A stretch of 64,000 nucleotides of DNA from Planctomycetota bacterium (GCA_965223845.1 CBDCXR010000004.1:6752001-6816000), one strand, 5' to 3'. Positions 21,650 through 32,343 are shown, counted from the stretch's first letter. The notes: generated from the sequence alone by a model not told the origin. A program made the numbers and translations.

Positions 21650-22189
21650 ATGCCGCGCCCCGCTCTTGTCCTCATCGCCGTCGGTGAAGATTGCCCCGGA
21701 ATCGTCGACCGAGTTTCCGGGGCGGTGTACCGGACCGGTTGCAACGTCGAGGACTCGCGCATGTCGACGCTCGGCGGAGAGTTTGCGCTCATGGTCCTCG
21801 TCTCCGGCGGTGAGAACGAGCTCGAGAGCGCGCGGAGCGCGGTGGTGGCGATCGGCGAGGAGCTCGGTCTCAGCGTGCAGTCGCGACGTACGGAGGCGAC
21901 CGACGACAGCGGCGCGAAGCGGACGGGAACGGCGGTTCGAGTTCGTGCGGAGTCGCTCGATCACCCGGGAATCGTTCACAAAGTGACGCGGCTCCTCGCG
22001 TCGAAGGGCGTGAACGTGACGCAGCTCGAGACGACGCGGCGGAGCGCGCCGACGACCGGGACGCCGATGTTTGTGCTCAGTCTCGACGCGATCGCTCCCG
22101 CCGGGGTGACGATCGACGGGCTCCGGCGCGAGCTCGAGGACCTCGGCTCGCGCGAGGGATTGGATCTCGACGTCCGCGACGTCGAGTGA
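21650..22189 (+). CDS. GcvR-like tandem ACT-domain protein
   Basis: GEDCPGIV..VS...GCNVEDSRMSTLGGEFA, and a second ACT motif DHPGIVHKVT. Confidence 0.88.
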   Translation: MPRPALVLIAVGEDCPGIVDRVSGAVYRTGCNVEDSRMSTLGGEFALMVLVSGGENELESARSAVVAIGEELGLSVQSRRTEATDDSGAKRTGTAVRVRAESLDHPGIVHKVTRLLASKGVNVTQLETTRRSAPTTGTPMFVLSLDAIAPAGVTIDGLRRELEDLGSREGLDLDVRDVE

Positions 22190-22282
22190 GCGTCCGCGTT
22201 CGAACGGAATCGTTCGCGTTCCTTTGTTCGCGGTCGAGATCCGCGGTCGAGTCTCGCTGCGAGCTCGTCGCACGGGCTCGAG

Positions 22283-23197
22283 TCAGAGAACGTCGAAGAA
22301 TCGACGAAGGAGCTCGCCGTTTCGAGCGAGCTCGTCCGGGAGGCGACGGAGCGCGTCTTCGTCCTCGAGGTCCGCGATGAGTCGAACTCCGGGTCGATCG
22401 AGATCCGCGTCCCATTCGATGCGAATCGGGAGAGCGAAGTCGAGCTCGCGATCGAGCCGACGGAGGGACTCTCGGTAGCGATCGAGCTCGGGAAAGCGAC
22501 GAGCGCGCAGTGCGGCGATGAGCTGGGACTTGTCTCGGGCTGACGCGCGCGCGGCGGAGAAGATGTCGTGCGGCGGTTTCGTCTCGCGCTGGGCGATTTC
22601 TTCGGTGAGCTCGAGCGCCTCGTTGAGCTCCGAGAAGGTGAGCGCGAGCTCTCGCGCGGCTTTCATGAGCCCGCCGAGCGTCGCCGAGGAAAATCGGAGC
22701 AGCGCACGCGCGCGACGGAGCGGCAGGTTCTTCTCTTCGACGAAGTCTTGCGCGGAACGAGGGAGGTCGAGAAGCCGGAGGTGCGACTGATAGAGCTCGT
22801 TCGAGGGGCGAAGTCCGAGCCGAGGGAGCTTGTCTCGCACGATCCGCTCGGCATCGATCGAAGCGGTCGCGGCGAGGGCGGCGAGCACGCGAGCGATCTC
22901 GACCACGTTCCAGTCTTCGTTGTCTTCGAGAGTGAGGTCCCACAGGGCCTCGAGCGAGGTTTCGGCGTCGACGGTGAAACAAGGCAGTCGAGCGTCTCTC
23001 GGGGCGGAGAGCGCGCGGCTCCAGCCCGAGACGATCCGCCAACCGGTCGCGCGCGGCTGGACGAGGAGCGGAGTCGTCACGCCCCGGCGGAGGATGGACT
23101 CGCGCAGTCCGGATCGGGGAGCGCGGCGGAAGCGAAAAGTCTCGTCGGTTTGGTCGAGGTCGGCGGGGGGGAGCCAACGAAAGTCGCGGGTCGTCAA
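22283..23197 (-). CDS. ParB/Srx N-terminal domain protein (orphan)
   Basis: LRESILRRGVTTPLLV...IVSGWSR; helical C-terminus. Confidence 0.72.
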   Translation of the reverse strand: MTTRDFRWLPPADLDQTDETFRFRRAPRSGLRESILRRGVTTPLLVQPRATGWRIVSGWSRALSAPRDARLPCFTVDAETSLEALWDLTLEDNEDWNVVEIARVLAALAATASIDAERIVRDKLPRLGLRPSNELYQSHLRLLDLPRSAQDFVEEKNLPLRRARALLRFSSATLGGLMKAARELALTFSELNEALELTEEIAQRETKPPHDIFSAARASARDKSQLIAALRARRFPELDRYRESLRRLDRELDFALPIRIEWDADLDRPGVRLIADLEDEDALRRLPDELARNGELLRRFFDVL

Positions 23198-23448
23198 CGG
23201 GTTGTCCTCGCGTGGTGCGGCGACGTGCGCTCGAGCGAGCGGCTCTCTCGTTGAGAAAGCATACTTCGAAGCGAACGGGCGGCGAAGGCGCGGCGAGCGA
23301 GTCGTCGTGAGACGAGAGTGAAGCGCGCGCCCGGCGTCGCTCGCGACGAGAGCTCTGGGGAGCGCGTGGAATCGATCGACGGCGACGCGGCAGGGGTGAA
23401 CGGCGCGGGCCGTGGACGCGACGGGCGATTCGCGCCAGAATCGGGATC

Positions 23449-24327
23449 ATGAAGGTCCTAATCGTCGGCTGCGGGTATCTGGGGACGCGATTGGCCGAGA
23501 GGATTCGGCCGGCGGATGGAGCTGCGGTGGGAACGACTCGCAGCGAAGGGCGAGCAGAGGAGCTGCGCCGACGGGGAATCGAGGCGCGGACACTCGAGCT
23601 CGCGCGGGGCGCGAAGCAGGACGTTTTCGACGAGAGCTTCGACGCTGTCGTGTACGCGGTTGCGCCGGGTCGCGGCGGTGATGATCGACTGGCGTATGCC
23701 GACGGAGTGGAGGTCGTTCTCCGGAGCTGGCGGGTCGCGCGTCCGCGTCACTTCGTTCTCGTCTCGAGCACTGGAGTCTACGGGCAGACCGACGGTTCGT
23801 GGGTCGACGAGGCGAGCGCCACCCGGGGAGATTCCGAGCGCGCCCGCTATCTCCTCGAGGGCGAAGCTCTCGTCGCGGAGTCCGAAGCCCGAGAGGGACC
23901 TCGCGGCGTAGTGCTCCGGCTCGCGGGAATCTACGGCCCGGGCCGATCGCCGCTCGAGTGGTGCCGCGAGGAAGGTTGGCGATCGCGACTCGCCGCGCGG
24001 CCCGCTGGTGCCTACATGAATTGGGTCCACGTCGACGACGCGGTAGAGGCGATCGTGCTCGCGCTCGGAACGGAACGCGCTCGCGGCACGTACCTCATCG
24101 TCGACGACGAACCCGTTCGGCGCGGCGAGTTCTATGCGTTCGCGTGTCAGTGCGCCGGGCTTCCCGCGCTCGAGTTTCGCGAGGGTGATGGGGCGGAGAG
24201 AGATGCCGCCGCGGGTGACGCGCAGGACCGCGGGAAGCGATGCTCGAACCGAAAAGCGAAAGCGGAGATCGGGTTTCGGCTGCGGTATCCCAGCTATCGG
24301 GAGGGGCTTCGCGCGTTCGCCGAGTGA
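23449..24327 (+). CDS. NAD-dependent epimerase/dehydratase (atypical SDR)
   Basis: LIVGCGYLG, SSTGVYG, LRLAGIYGPGR, NWVHVDD, YPSYREG. Confidence 0.9.
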   Translation: MKVLIVGCGYLGTRLAERIRPADGAAVGTTRSEGRAEELRRRGIEARTLELARGAKQDVFDESFDAVVYAVAPGRGGDDRLAYADGVEVVLRSWRVARPRHFVLVSSTGVYGQTDGSWVDEASATRGDSERARYLLEGEALVAESEAREGPRGVVLRLAGIYGPGRSPLEWCREEGWRSRLAARPAGAYMNWVHVDDAVEAIVLALGTERARGTYLIVDDEPVRRGEFYAFACQCAGLPALEFREGDGAERDAAAGDAQDRGKRCSNRKAKAEIGFRLRYPSYREGLRAFAE

Positions 24328-24443
24328 CGCGGGTCGGCTTCTGGCCGAGTCGAGCTCTCGCCGCTCGTCCTCGGGGAGAGGCGGTTTCGAAAATCGCTCG
24401 AAAGAAGTAGGGACGAAGCGAAAATCGGGCCTCGCTTGTGGCT

Positions 24444-25616
24444 CTAGAGGTCGGGCGTCCGGGAGAGGGAGAGGACGAGGGCGGCGAGGAAGCGGCCGCG
24501 CTCCTCGAGGCTGTCGATGAGAATGTGCTCGTCGAGTGCGTGAGCGCCGCCGCCGTCGGCACCGAGTCCGTCGAGGACACCGAAGCCGCGCGCCGAGAGA
24601 AACGATCCGTCACTTCCACCGCCAGACGAGCCGATCGCGAGGTCGATTCCGACGCTCTTCGCGAAGGAGGTCGCGTGCGCGCAGAGCGCTCGATTGCGCG
24701 GGGTCGCTTCGAGCGGATCGAAGATGATTCCGCCTTCGACGGTGATCGTAACGGAGGGATCCGGCGAGGCGATGGCGCGGATCTCGCGCTCGAGGCGGCG
24801 GCCGTCGGCCGCGCGATTGAAGCGCACGTCGACGCCGGCGCGGGCGGTTCCGGCGACGACGTTCGTTGCGGTGCCACCGCTCATGGTGCCGACGTTGACG
24901 GTGACGCCGAGGTCGGGGTCGGCTAAGGCCGTGAGATGGCGGGTCCACTCCGCGAGGGCGTGGACGGCGCTCGCACCGAGGTGGGGGTCGACTCCGGCGT
25001 GGGCTTCGCGTCCGCGGGCATGGACCGTGTAGAGGCCGACTCCCTTGCGAGTGCCTTTGAGCGCCCCTCCGGGGACGGGCGGTTCCGTGACGAGGGCGAT
25101 CGAGTCGGGAGAGAGAAGCCGCTCCATGTGTGGGTGGGCGGTGACGCTGCCGAGTTCCTCGTCGGCCGAAATGAACACCTGTACGCGGCGGCGGAGAGGG
25201 GCGTCGAGTCGGCGGAGGCATTCGACAGCCGACGCGATGAGCAGCAGGCCGGCGCGCATGTCGTAGACGCCGGGGGCGTAGAGTCGGTCGCCGTCGACAC
25301 GCGGAGGGCGTCGAGCGGCTTCGCCCGCGGGCCAGACGGTGTCGCTGTGACCGACCAGGACGAGCGGGGGGCCGATTTCGGGTCCGTCGGAGGGCCGGTC
25401 GGCGAAGACGTGAGAGCCGCCTCGATCCGAGATGCGCTCGCAGCGGAGGCCGGAGCGCTCGAGCAGGCGCGAGTAGGCGTTCGCAAACGCGTCGATCCGG
25501 GGGGCGTCGTGCGAAGGGGCGTCGAGGCGCGAGAGAGCGATGAGTTGCTCGACGAGGCGGGAGCGCTCGGCGCGGAAGTAGTTCGAGATCGAGTCGAGGA
25601 GCGGCGGGTCGTTCAT
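24444..25616 (-). CDS. M20 metallopeptidase (glutamate carboxypeptidase-like)
   Basis: GHSDTVW, GVYDMRAG, DEELGS, AHAG, GGGSDG, GGGAHA.DE. Confidence 0.9.
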   Translation of the reverse strand: MNDPPLLDSISNYFRAERSRLVEQLIALSRLDAPSHDAPRIDAFANAYSRLLERSGLRCERISDRGGSHVFADRPSDGPEIGPPLVLVGHSDTVWPAGEAARRPPRVDGDRLYAPGVYDMRAGLLLIASAVECLRRLDAPLRRRVQVFISADEELGSVTAHPHMERLLSPDSIALVTEPPVPGGALKGTRKGVGLYTVHARGREAHAGVDPHLGASAVHALAEWTRHLTALADPDLGVTVNVGTMSGGTATNVVAGTARAGVDVRFNRAADGRRLEREIRAIASPDPSVTITVEGGIIFDPLEATPRNRALCAHATSFAKSVGIDLAIGSSGGGSDGSFLSARGFGVLDGLGADGGGAHALDEHILIDSLEERGRFLAALVLSLSRTPDL

Positions 25617-25670
25617 GAGGGCACGCGGGTTCAAAACCCGAGGATTCTAACCCACCGGCCGTCCGGAAAC

Positions 25671-25773
25671 CCCTCTCCGCCTACCCCTCTCCCCCTACTA
25701 CCCCTCTCCCCCTACCGGGGATTCCCCCTCCCGGTACCGGGGATTGTTGAAACAGACCGGGGATTCCCGTAGG
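25671..25773. repeat. Short repeat cluster next to the transposase: 3x CCCTCTCC(G/C)CCTAC then 3x ACCGGGGATT
   Basis: 14-mers at 25671, 25685 and 25702; 10-mers at 25714, 25736 and 25756. Confidence 0.75.
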
Positions 25774-26023
25774 GAAAACGGCGATTGCGCGGTCGGTCGG
25801 CGGTTTTGGGGGTGCGCGACGCCGGTTGTTCGTGGGCTTCCGCGCGTCGCCCGCGACGATTTCGTGCAGTCTTGGCCATTGCATGCGCTCTCTCGGGAAA
25901 CGCGGGCGTTCGTTCCTCGTCCGCGCCCGTTCGCCCCGGGACGCCACTCCGCGCTCTGGCGCGTCCGTTTCGGGGCGATTCGCGCGCGCTTTCGGTCACC
26001 GACGCCGTTCGCTCATCCGTCCG

Positions 26024-26950
26024 CTACGGCGCGAGCGGCACCGCCCCCGACTCTGCCGGCTCGCACGCGACGTTGAAGAAGACCCGCATCCGGTACGTCC
26101 CCGCGGGGAACAACACATCCCGCACTCCCGCGCGAAACTTCTCGAGCGCCTCTCGATACCTCGCGCGAAACGTCTTCAGACTCGTGATCGCCTCGATGCG
26201 ACTCCACTTCCGTCGCGCCTTGACTTCGGGAGCGACGCCCCCCGCGCCCTTCTTCGCGTCTTCCTCCGCCTCTCTCGGAGTCGCGGTCGCAGCCTCCGCG
26301 AGCACTCTCTCGCGCCCGAGGAACGACCTTCGCGACCGCTTCGCCTCGTCCCGATACTCCCTCTCTCCTTCCCGGACACGCTCGGCGAGGACCTCCCTGA
26401 GCTCCGCTTCTCGCCCGCGAAAACAAGGCGGCTCGGTCAGCGGAAGCTCGACCTCCTCGGGAGCCTCGCGCGAAAAGAACCAATTCGGCCGCCGCGCGAC
26501 GTACACCCTTCCGAGGTCACGCGGCGAGCTCCTCAGCCCCGGCCACTCGCAACCGCGTTCGACGAGCCGAGCGGCAACCGGATTCAGCATCGTATAGACG
26601 AGCTGGTCGACCACGTCGCTCGCCTCCACCGCGCGCGGGTAGTTCGGTCCGCAGGACTCGAAGAACGCGTCGCGCCGACCGTGATGAACATTCAGACAGC
26701 GCGCGATCAGGAGGTTTAGATCGTGAACGAACTGGACGACGGCGGTCCCGCGATCGGTGAGACACACGTGATAGTGGTTGGATAGAAAAACGAAGGCGTG
26801 CACAGACACTCCGGTCGCCGCCGCCGCCCTCGCGAGGCAGTAAAGGAGCGCGCCGTTGACCTCCTCGGACGGTCGCATCAAGAACTGCCTCTGCGCACAC
26901 CGACGCGTCGCGAGCCGCGTCGCATCGGGAAGGATCCACTTCGGTTCCAC
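26024..26950 (-). mobile_element. REP-associated tyrosine transposase-like (HUH Y1) protein
   Basis: T-R motif (ATRRC), HUH motif FLSNHYH, catalytic Tyr in YTMLNPVAARLV; C-terminal extension ending FPAGTY. Confidence 0.82.
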
Positions 26951-27227
26951 TGCCCCGTTTCTCCTTTCGTTTGAATCTCTCCGTCCCCGCTCCTCTTTTC
27001 CCCGCTCTACTTCTCGCTTAGTCTCGGACCGTTCGGACGGGTTTGCGACTTCGTCGCTCGAGGAATCTCGGCGTCACTCTCGGATCGGCCCGCTCGACGG
27101 ACATCGATCCGAGACCGTCGCGAGCCGCTCCCGTCCAGGTGGTCTCCGTTCCTGCGCCTTGTGGCACCTCTGAGACTTCCGCCGTAACGCGTCCCTGTCC
27201 CGCATCCCCCAAGGCTCTCATACCGCC

Positions 27228-27986
27228 GTGAATCACGAAGACCGCCGCCTTCGCGCCGAGCACACCCCCGAGTCCATTCGCCGCCGCCTCGCCATAGGGC
27301 CGAGCCACAGCTATCTCCGCGATTTCATCTACGGTTCCGTCGACGGCGCGATCACTACCTTCGCCGTCGTCGCCGGAGTGGGCGGCGCCGGCCTCTCATC
27401 CGGTGTCGTCATCATCCTCGGGGTCGCCAACCTCCTCGCCGATGGCCTCAGCATGGCGGTCAGCAACTTCCTCGGCACGCGTGCGGAGGAACAAGCCCGA
27501 ATCCGCGCCCGCCGCGTCGAGGAATCCCACATCCGTCAATTCCCGGAGGGAGAACGGGAAGAGATCCGGCAAATCTTCGCCGCGAAAGGCTTCACCGGCG
27601 ACGACCTCGAACGCGCGGTCGCGGTGATCACCTCCGACGTCGAACGCTGGATCGACACGATGATGAAAGAGGAGCTCGGGCTCACCCTCACCGGTCCATC
27701 CGCCTGGCGCGCCGCTACCGCGACGTTCGTCGCATTCGCCGTTTTCGGCGCGCTTCCTCTGCTCACGTTCTTCGTCGAGCTCGCCGCCCCGAACACCGTC
27801 CGCGATCCCTTCCTCTGGAGTGCGGTCCTCACCGGAGTCGCGTTTTTCGCCGTCGGCACGATCAAGAGCCGCTTCGTCGACCAGCGCTGGTACGTCGCCG
27901 GAATCGAGACGCTTCTGACCGGGGGACTCGCTGCCTCGCTGGCCTTTGCCGCCGGCGCACTGCTGAAGAGCGCGGTGGACCTTTGA
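27228..27986 (+). CDS. VIT1/CCC1-family Fe/Mn transporter
   Basis: [57 protein letters not shown]. Confidence 0.93.
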   Translation: MNHEDRRLRAEHTPESIRRRLAIGPSHSYLRDFIYGSVDGAITTFAVVAGVGGAGLSSGVVIILGVANLLADGLSMAVSNFLGTRAEEQARIRARRVEESHIRQFPEGEREEIRQIFAAKGFTGDDLERAVAVITSDVERWIDTMMKEELGLTLTGPSAWRAATATFVAFAVFGALPLLTFFVELAAPNTVRDPFLWSAVLTGVAFFAVGTIKSRFVDQRWYVAGIETLLTGGLAASLAFAAGALLKSAVDL

Positions 27987-28118
27987 GATCCGCTTCATCT
28001 CGGCGATGCGAAGGAGCGCGACGGCGACGAAACGGAGGTTGGCGAGAACGGCTCTCATTCCGGTACCGTGACGGCGTGTCGTTCGCCTCCGGAGTTCCGC
28101 TACAGCCCATTCGCCGCC

Positions 28119-28385
28119 ATGGGAATCTTCCGTCCCCGTGAACCCCTCGCGCCCCCCGGGCCCTCCGATCCCGGACGGTTTCGCATCCGCGTCGTGACCG
28201 AGGACGGTCGCGTCCTCTACTGGCACAAACGGGGACGCGTCCACACTCTCGAAGAGGACGTCGCCGACACGTTCATCGAGAAACTCAACCGCGACGCATT
28301 TCACATTCTCCCGAACGGTACCATGACGCCACCACTTCCCGGTCGCTCTCTCCGCATCCGTTCCTTATCGAAGGAGCCCGCCTGA
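28119..28385 (+). CDS. Small hypothetical protein
   Basis: 88-aa ORF whose stop codon abuts the polX ATG. Confidence 0.55.
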   Translation: MGIFRPREPLAPPGPSDPGRFRIRVVTEDGRVLYWHKRGRVHTLEEDVADTFIEKLNRDAFHILPNGTMTPPLPGRSLRIRSLSKEPA

Positions 28386-30137
28386 ATGCCGAAGGAACGC
28401 GTCCCTGCCGCGCTCAAAGGCACCCTGTCGAATCGCGCCGTCGCGGCGACCATCGTCGAGCTCGCGGACGTTCTCGAGGTCGGCGGAACCGACGCTTTCC
28501 GCGTTCGCGCTTATCGCTCCGCCGCCCGGACGATCGAGGATCTCGCCGAGCCGATCGCCGATCTCGCCGCCTCGGGAGGAGTGAAGGAGCTGAAGGCACT
28601 CCCTGGAATCGGGGAGAGCATGGCGAAAAAGATCCTCGAGATCTGCTCGACGGGTACGCTCGCTAAGCTCACGCAAGAGCGCACGCGGATACCACGCGAG
28701 CTGACCGACCTCCTCGGAATCGAAGGACTCGGGCCGAAGAAGCTCCACGTCCTCCACCGTGAGCTCGGAGTCGAGAACCTCGAGGATCTCGAGCGCGCGC
28801 TCGAACGCGGCGAAGTCGCGGAGCTTCCGGGCTTCGGCAAGAAATCCGCGGAGAAGTTCCTCAGCGGAATCGAACAGTTTCGCCGCCGACAAGGGCGCTT
28901 TCGCGCCGCCGACGTCGAACCGATCGCACTCGCGCTCCGTGATCGACTTCTCGACGCACCTGGAGTCGAGCGCGTCGAAATCGCCGGCAGCTTTCGCCGC
29001 GGCCGCGAGACCGTCGGCGATCTCGACCTCCTCTGCATCGCCGATGATCCGGCCGCTGCGGTCGCAGCGTTTACGTCAGCGCCGCTCGTGAGCGAAACCA
29101 TCCTGAGCGGGGAGACGAAGACGTCGGTACGACTCGATTTCGGCATCCAGGTCGATCTCCGCGTCGTTCCCGCCGCGTCCTTCGGCGCGGCGCTCCACTA
29201 CTTCACCGGCTCGAAGGAGCACAACGTGAAGATCCGCGGCCTCGCGCGCGAGGCCGGCTGCAAAATCAACGAATACGGCGTGTTTCGCGGCGAAGAGCGG
29301 ATCGCCGGCGCGACGGAGGAGGAGGTCTTCGCCGCCATCGGGAGCGTCTACATTCCGCCCGAGCTGCGGGAAGACCGCGGTGAGCTCGACGCCGGCTGCC
29401 GCGGCGCACTGCCCGAGCTGCTCGTCGTCGACGACATCCTCGGCGATCTTCAGATGCACTCGACGGCGAGCGACGGCCGCAACACCGTCGAGGAGATGGC
29501 CCACGCGGCGAAGTCCATCGGACGGACCTACATCGGAATCACCGACCACTCGAAGGCGGTCGCCGTCGCGAACGGTCTCGACGACGAGCGCATGCGCGAG
29601 CACGCACAGGCGATCCGCCGCGTCGACGTCCCGGGGATCCGCGTGCTCGCTTCGGTCGAGGTCGACATCCTCCGCGATGGTTCGCTCGACCTCGCGGACG
29701 ACACGCTTCGCGACCTCGACGTCGTCGTCGCGAGCATCCACAGCTCGATGCATCTCCCGAAAGACGAGATGACCGAGCGGATCACCCGCGCGGTCGAATC
29801 GGGGCTCGTCCACATCTTCGCGCATCCAACCGGGCGCCTGGTCCAGCAGCGCGACCCCTACGACTTCGACTTTCGCACCGTGGTCGAGGCGTGCGTGAAG
29901 AACAACGTCGCGCTCGAGATCAACGCGCATCCCGCCCGCCTCGATCTCTCCGACGTTCAAGCGAGGCTCGCGCGCGATCTCGGAGCGAAGATCGTCATCT
30001 CGACGGACGCCCACTCGACCGACGACCTCACCCTCATGCGCTACGGCGTCCAGGTCGCGCGTCGCGCCTGGCTGACGAAGGGCGACGTCCTGAACGCGCT
30101 CCCAGTCGAAGAGTTCTTGCGAGCGATCGCGCGATGA
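28386..30137 (+). CDS. polX: DNA polymerase X / PHP 3'-5' exonuclease
   Basis: HhH motifs LPGIG and GLGPKK; AGSFRR...GDLD; QVDLR; YFTGSKEHN; PHP motifs QMHS, TDHS, AHPTG, STDAH. Confidence 0.95.
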   Translation: MPKERVPAALKGTLSNRAVAATIVELADVLEVGGTDAFRVRAYRSAARTIEDLAEPIADLAASGGVKELKALPGIGESMAKKILEICSTGTLAKLTQERTRIPRELTDLLGIEGLGPKKLHVLHRELGVENLEDLERALERGEVAELPGFGKKSAEKFLSGIEQFRRRQGRFRAADVEPIALALRDRLLDAPGVERVEIAGSFRRGRETVGDLDLLCIADDPAAAVAAFTSAPLVSETILSGETKTSVRLDFGIQVDLRVVPAASFGAALHYFTGSKEHNVKIRGLAREAGCKINEYGVFRGEERIAGATEEEVFAAIGSVYIPPELREDRGELDAGCRGALPELLVVDDILGDLQMHSTASDGRNTVEEMAHAAKSIGRTYIGITDHSKAVAVANGLDDERMREHAQAIRRVDVPGIRVLASVEVDILRDGSLDLADDTLRDLDVVVASIHSSMHLPKDEMTERITRAVESGLVHIFAHPTGRLVQQRDPYDFDFRTVVEACVKNNVALEINAHPARLDLSDVQARLARDLGAKIVISTDAHSTDDLTLMRYGVQVARRAWLTKGDVLNALPVEEFLRAIAR

Positions 30138-30661
30138 GCTCGAGCTCCGAGTCTCCGTCGTCGCCTCCCGCGCGGGAGAGCGCTCGCTCGAGCGGCCTCC
30201 TCGCGACGGTGGTGGTGGTCCTCGCTCTCGCCGCGATCGCGGCGACTCTCGTCACTCGCTCGCGCCTCCGTCGTGATGCCGAGGAGAGCAGGGGATCTCC
30301 GGCCTCCGGATTCGTTCCGCTGTCGATCGAAGCGGCCGCCGAGCTGCAAAGCGTCGCCACTCGGATCGAAATCGCGTGGCGAACCACGGGCGCGCCGCCG
30401 CGCGGTCTGCGTGGACTCCCGGCCGACGACGAGTCCGGACTAGCGACCGCGCGCTCCGCGGCCGACCCGCCCGTCGATCGCTGGGGCAAAGAGTACGTCT
30501 GGGTGCGAGACGAATCCGAGGGGAGAGACGGCTGGCGACTCACCTCGCTCGGCGCTGACGGCGAGCCCGGCGGAGTCGGAAGCGACCAAGACCTTTCCCT
30601 CTGGGTTTTTCCGCCCGAGCGGGAGTCGGCTGAGCAAAGCAGCCGCTCCGCAGCGGAATGA
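30134..30661 (+). CDS. Membrane-anchored protein with GspG (T2SS pseudopilin)-like C-terminal domain
   Basis: Single TM, then DRWGKEYVW...LTSLGADGEPGGVGSDQDL; ATGA overlap with polX. Confidence 0.7.
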   Translation: MSSSSESPSSPPARESARSSGLLATVVVVLALAAIAATLVTRSRLRRDAEESRGSPASGFVPLSIEAAAELQSVATRIEIAWRTTGAPPRGLRGLPADDESGLATARSAADPPVDRWGKEYVWVRDESEGRDGWRLTSLGADGEPGGVGSDQDLSLWVFPPERESAEQSSRSAAE

Positions 30662-30724
30662 CGGCGGTCGACGGTCGAGTTTCTTCCGATCGCAGTCCGA
30701 CTCGTACTCGACGTTCGGACCGCA

Positions 30725-30779
30725 AAGTAAAGAACGCCGCCGGGCGCCGCTCCGCGAGGGAGACGACGCCCGGCGGCGT
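30725..30779 (-). terminator. Intrinsic terminator hairpin between convergent genes
   Basis: 13-bp inverted repeat ACGCCGCCGGGCG/CGCCCGGCGGCGT with a T-rich tail on the minus strand. Confidence 0.6.
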
Positions 30780-30806
30780 GTTCGCTTGCGCCGACCGCCC
30801 TAGGCG

Positions 30807-32108
30807 CTAGACAGTCGGAACGACGTACGGCGCGCGGTAGTTGCGCGTCAACAGCGCGTTCGCTTCCGCGTCGCCGACGACCTGCTCCGTCGCCGGGTCG
30901 ATCTCGATCGAGCGCTTTACACGGTACGCGACGTTCGCGACGTGACAGAGCGCCGAGGAGAGGTGGCCGTCTTCGACGTCGGCGTTCAGCTTCTTCGGAT
31001 CGCGCGCGCGCACCGCGTCGATGAAGTTCGCGAAGTGATTCCCGCCGGCACTCCGCGCCGGTCCCGGCTCGTGTTTCCTACCCAGGAACACCTTGTAGCT
31101 CGAGTAGTTCGGAATGATCATGATTCCTTCCGAGCCGTAGAAGATGTTCCCGACCGCATTCGAGCCGGGATTCCCGATGTTCTCGTCGTTCGTGATCCAG
31201 TGGCGCACCTCGAAGACGAGCATCTTGTTTTCGTCCGGGTACTCGAACGTCGAGAGGATCGTGTTCGGCGTTTCCTGATCGTCGTCGAACATATAGTGTC
31301 CGCCCATCGCCTGCGCGCGTTTCGGCAGACCGACGCCGAGTCCCCAGCGGGCGACGTCCATTTGGTGAACGCCCTGGTTGCCCAGGTCGCCGTTGCCGTA
31401 GTCCCAGTGCCAGTGCCAGTTGTAGTGGAAGCGGTTCTCGGTGAAGGGACGCAGAGGGGCCGGCCCGAGCCAGAGATCGTAGTGAACCCCTCGGGGCGGC
31501 GCGGCTTCGGGTTTCTTCCCGATCGTATTCCGCCACTTGTAGCAGGTTCCCTTCGCCATGTAGACGTCGCCGATGATCCCGTCTTGAAGGAGAGCGATCG
31601 CCTCCTGGACGGCGGCCGAGCTGCGGATCTGCGTGCCGTGCTGGCAGACGCGGTTGTGCTTCCGCGCGGCATTGACGAGCTGCCGACCCTCCCACACGTT
31701 GTGTGAGAGCGGCTTCTCGACGTAGACGTCCTTCCCGGCCTGCATCGCCCAGATTCCCCCGAGCGAATGCCAGTGATTCGGTGTCGCGATGCCGACGACG
31801 TCGATGTTCTTGTCGTCGTAGAGCTTCCGCATGTCGGTGAAGCGCTGGCGCGGAGAGCCGTACTTCTTCTCGAGCCCCTTCGCACGCTTCTCGATCTGCG
31901 ACTCGTCGGCGTCGCAGAGAGCGACGACCTCGACACCGTCGATCCCGTCGAGACCGCCGACGTGACTGCCGCCGCGTCCGCGGAGTCCGATGACGCCCGC
32001 GCGCAGCTTCTCGTTCGCGGCGTACGCGCGCGAGATCCCGGCGAATCCGAGTCCTACGGCCGCGGCGCCTGACGTTTGGATGAACCGTCGACGGTTGAGC
32101 TTATCCAT
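30807..32108 (-). CDS. Tat-exported Gfo/Idh/MocA oxidoreductase
   Basis: NRRRFI twin-arginine signal; IATPNHWH, GKDVYVEKP, NQGVHQMD. Confidence 0.93.
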   Translation of the reverse strand: MDKLNRRRFIQTSGAAAVGLGFAGISRAYAANEKLRAGVIGLRGRGGSHVGGLDGIDGVEVVALCDADESQIEKRAKGLEKKYGSPRQRFTDMRKLYDDKNIDVVGIATPNHWHSLGGIWAMQAGKDVYVEKPLSHNVWEGRQLVNAARKHNRVCQHGTQIRSSAAVQEAIALLQDGIIGDVYMAKGTCYKWRNTIGKKPEAAPPRGVHYDLWLGPAPLRPFTENRFHYNWHWHWDYGNGDLGNQGVHQMDVARWGLGVGLPKRAQAMGGHYMFDDDQETPNTILSTFEYPDENKMLVFEVRHWITNDENIGNPGSNAVGNIFYGSEGIMIIPNYSSYKVFLGRKHEPGPARSAGGNHFANFIDAVRARDPKKLNADVEDGHLSSALCHVANVAYRVKRSIEIDPATEQVVGDAEANALLTRNYRAPYVVPTV

Positions 32109-32343
32109 CGCTTCCTCCGGGACTTAAACTCGGTCCGTCCTCGGACCGATCGTGCTGCAACTTCGTACCCCGACAGACCTTATCCGATTCGCCGGAACCC
32201 GCCAAACAGCAATCGCGCACTCCGCGCTCCGCACCGGATCGGGTGCACGGACCGGCCCGGGCGCGACGAGCCCCCCGCTCGTGCCTTAAACGACTTTGCG
32301 GGAAGACCTTGGGGCGATGTTCCCCGGCGCTTGACGTCTTGTC

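Noticed and set aside
28383-28388. UGA read-through fusing the small ORF to polX
   Set aside because: polX is complete from its own ATG with an AAGGAG RBS upstream; there is no Cys context or clear SECIS-like hairpin.
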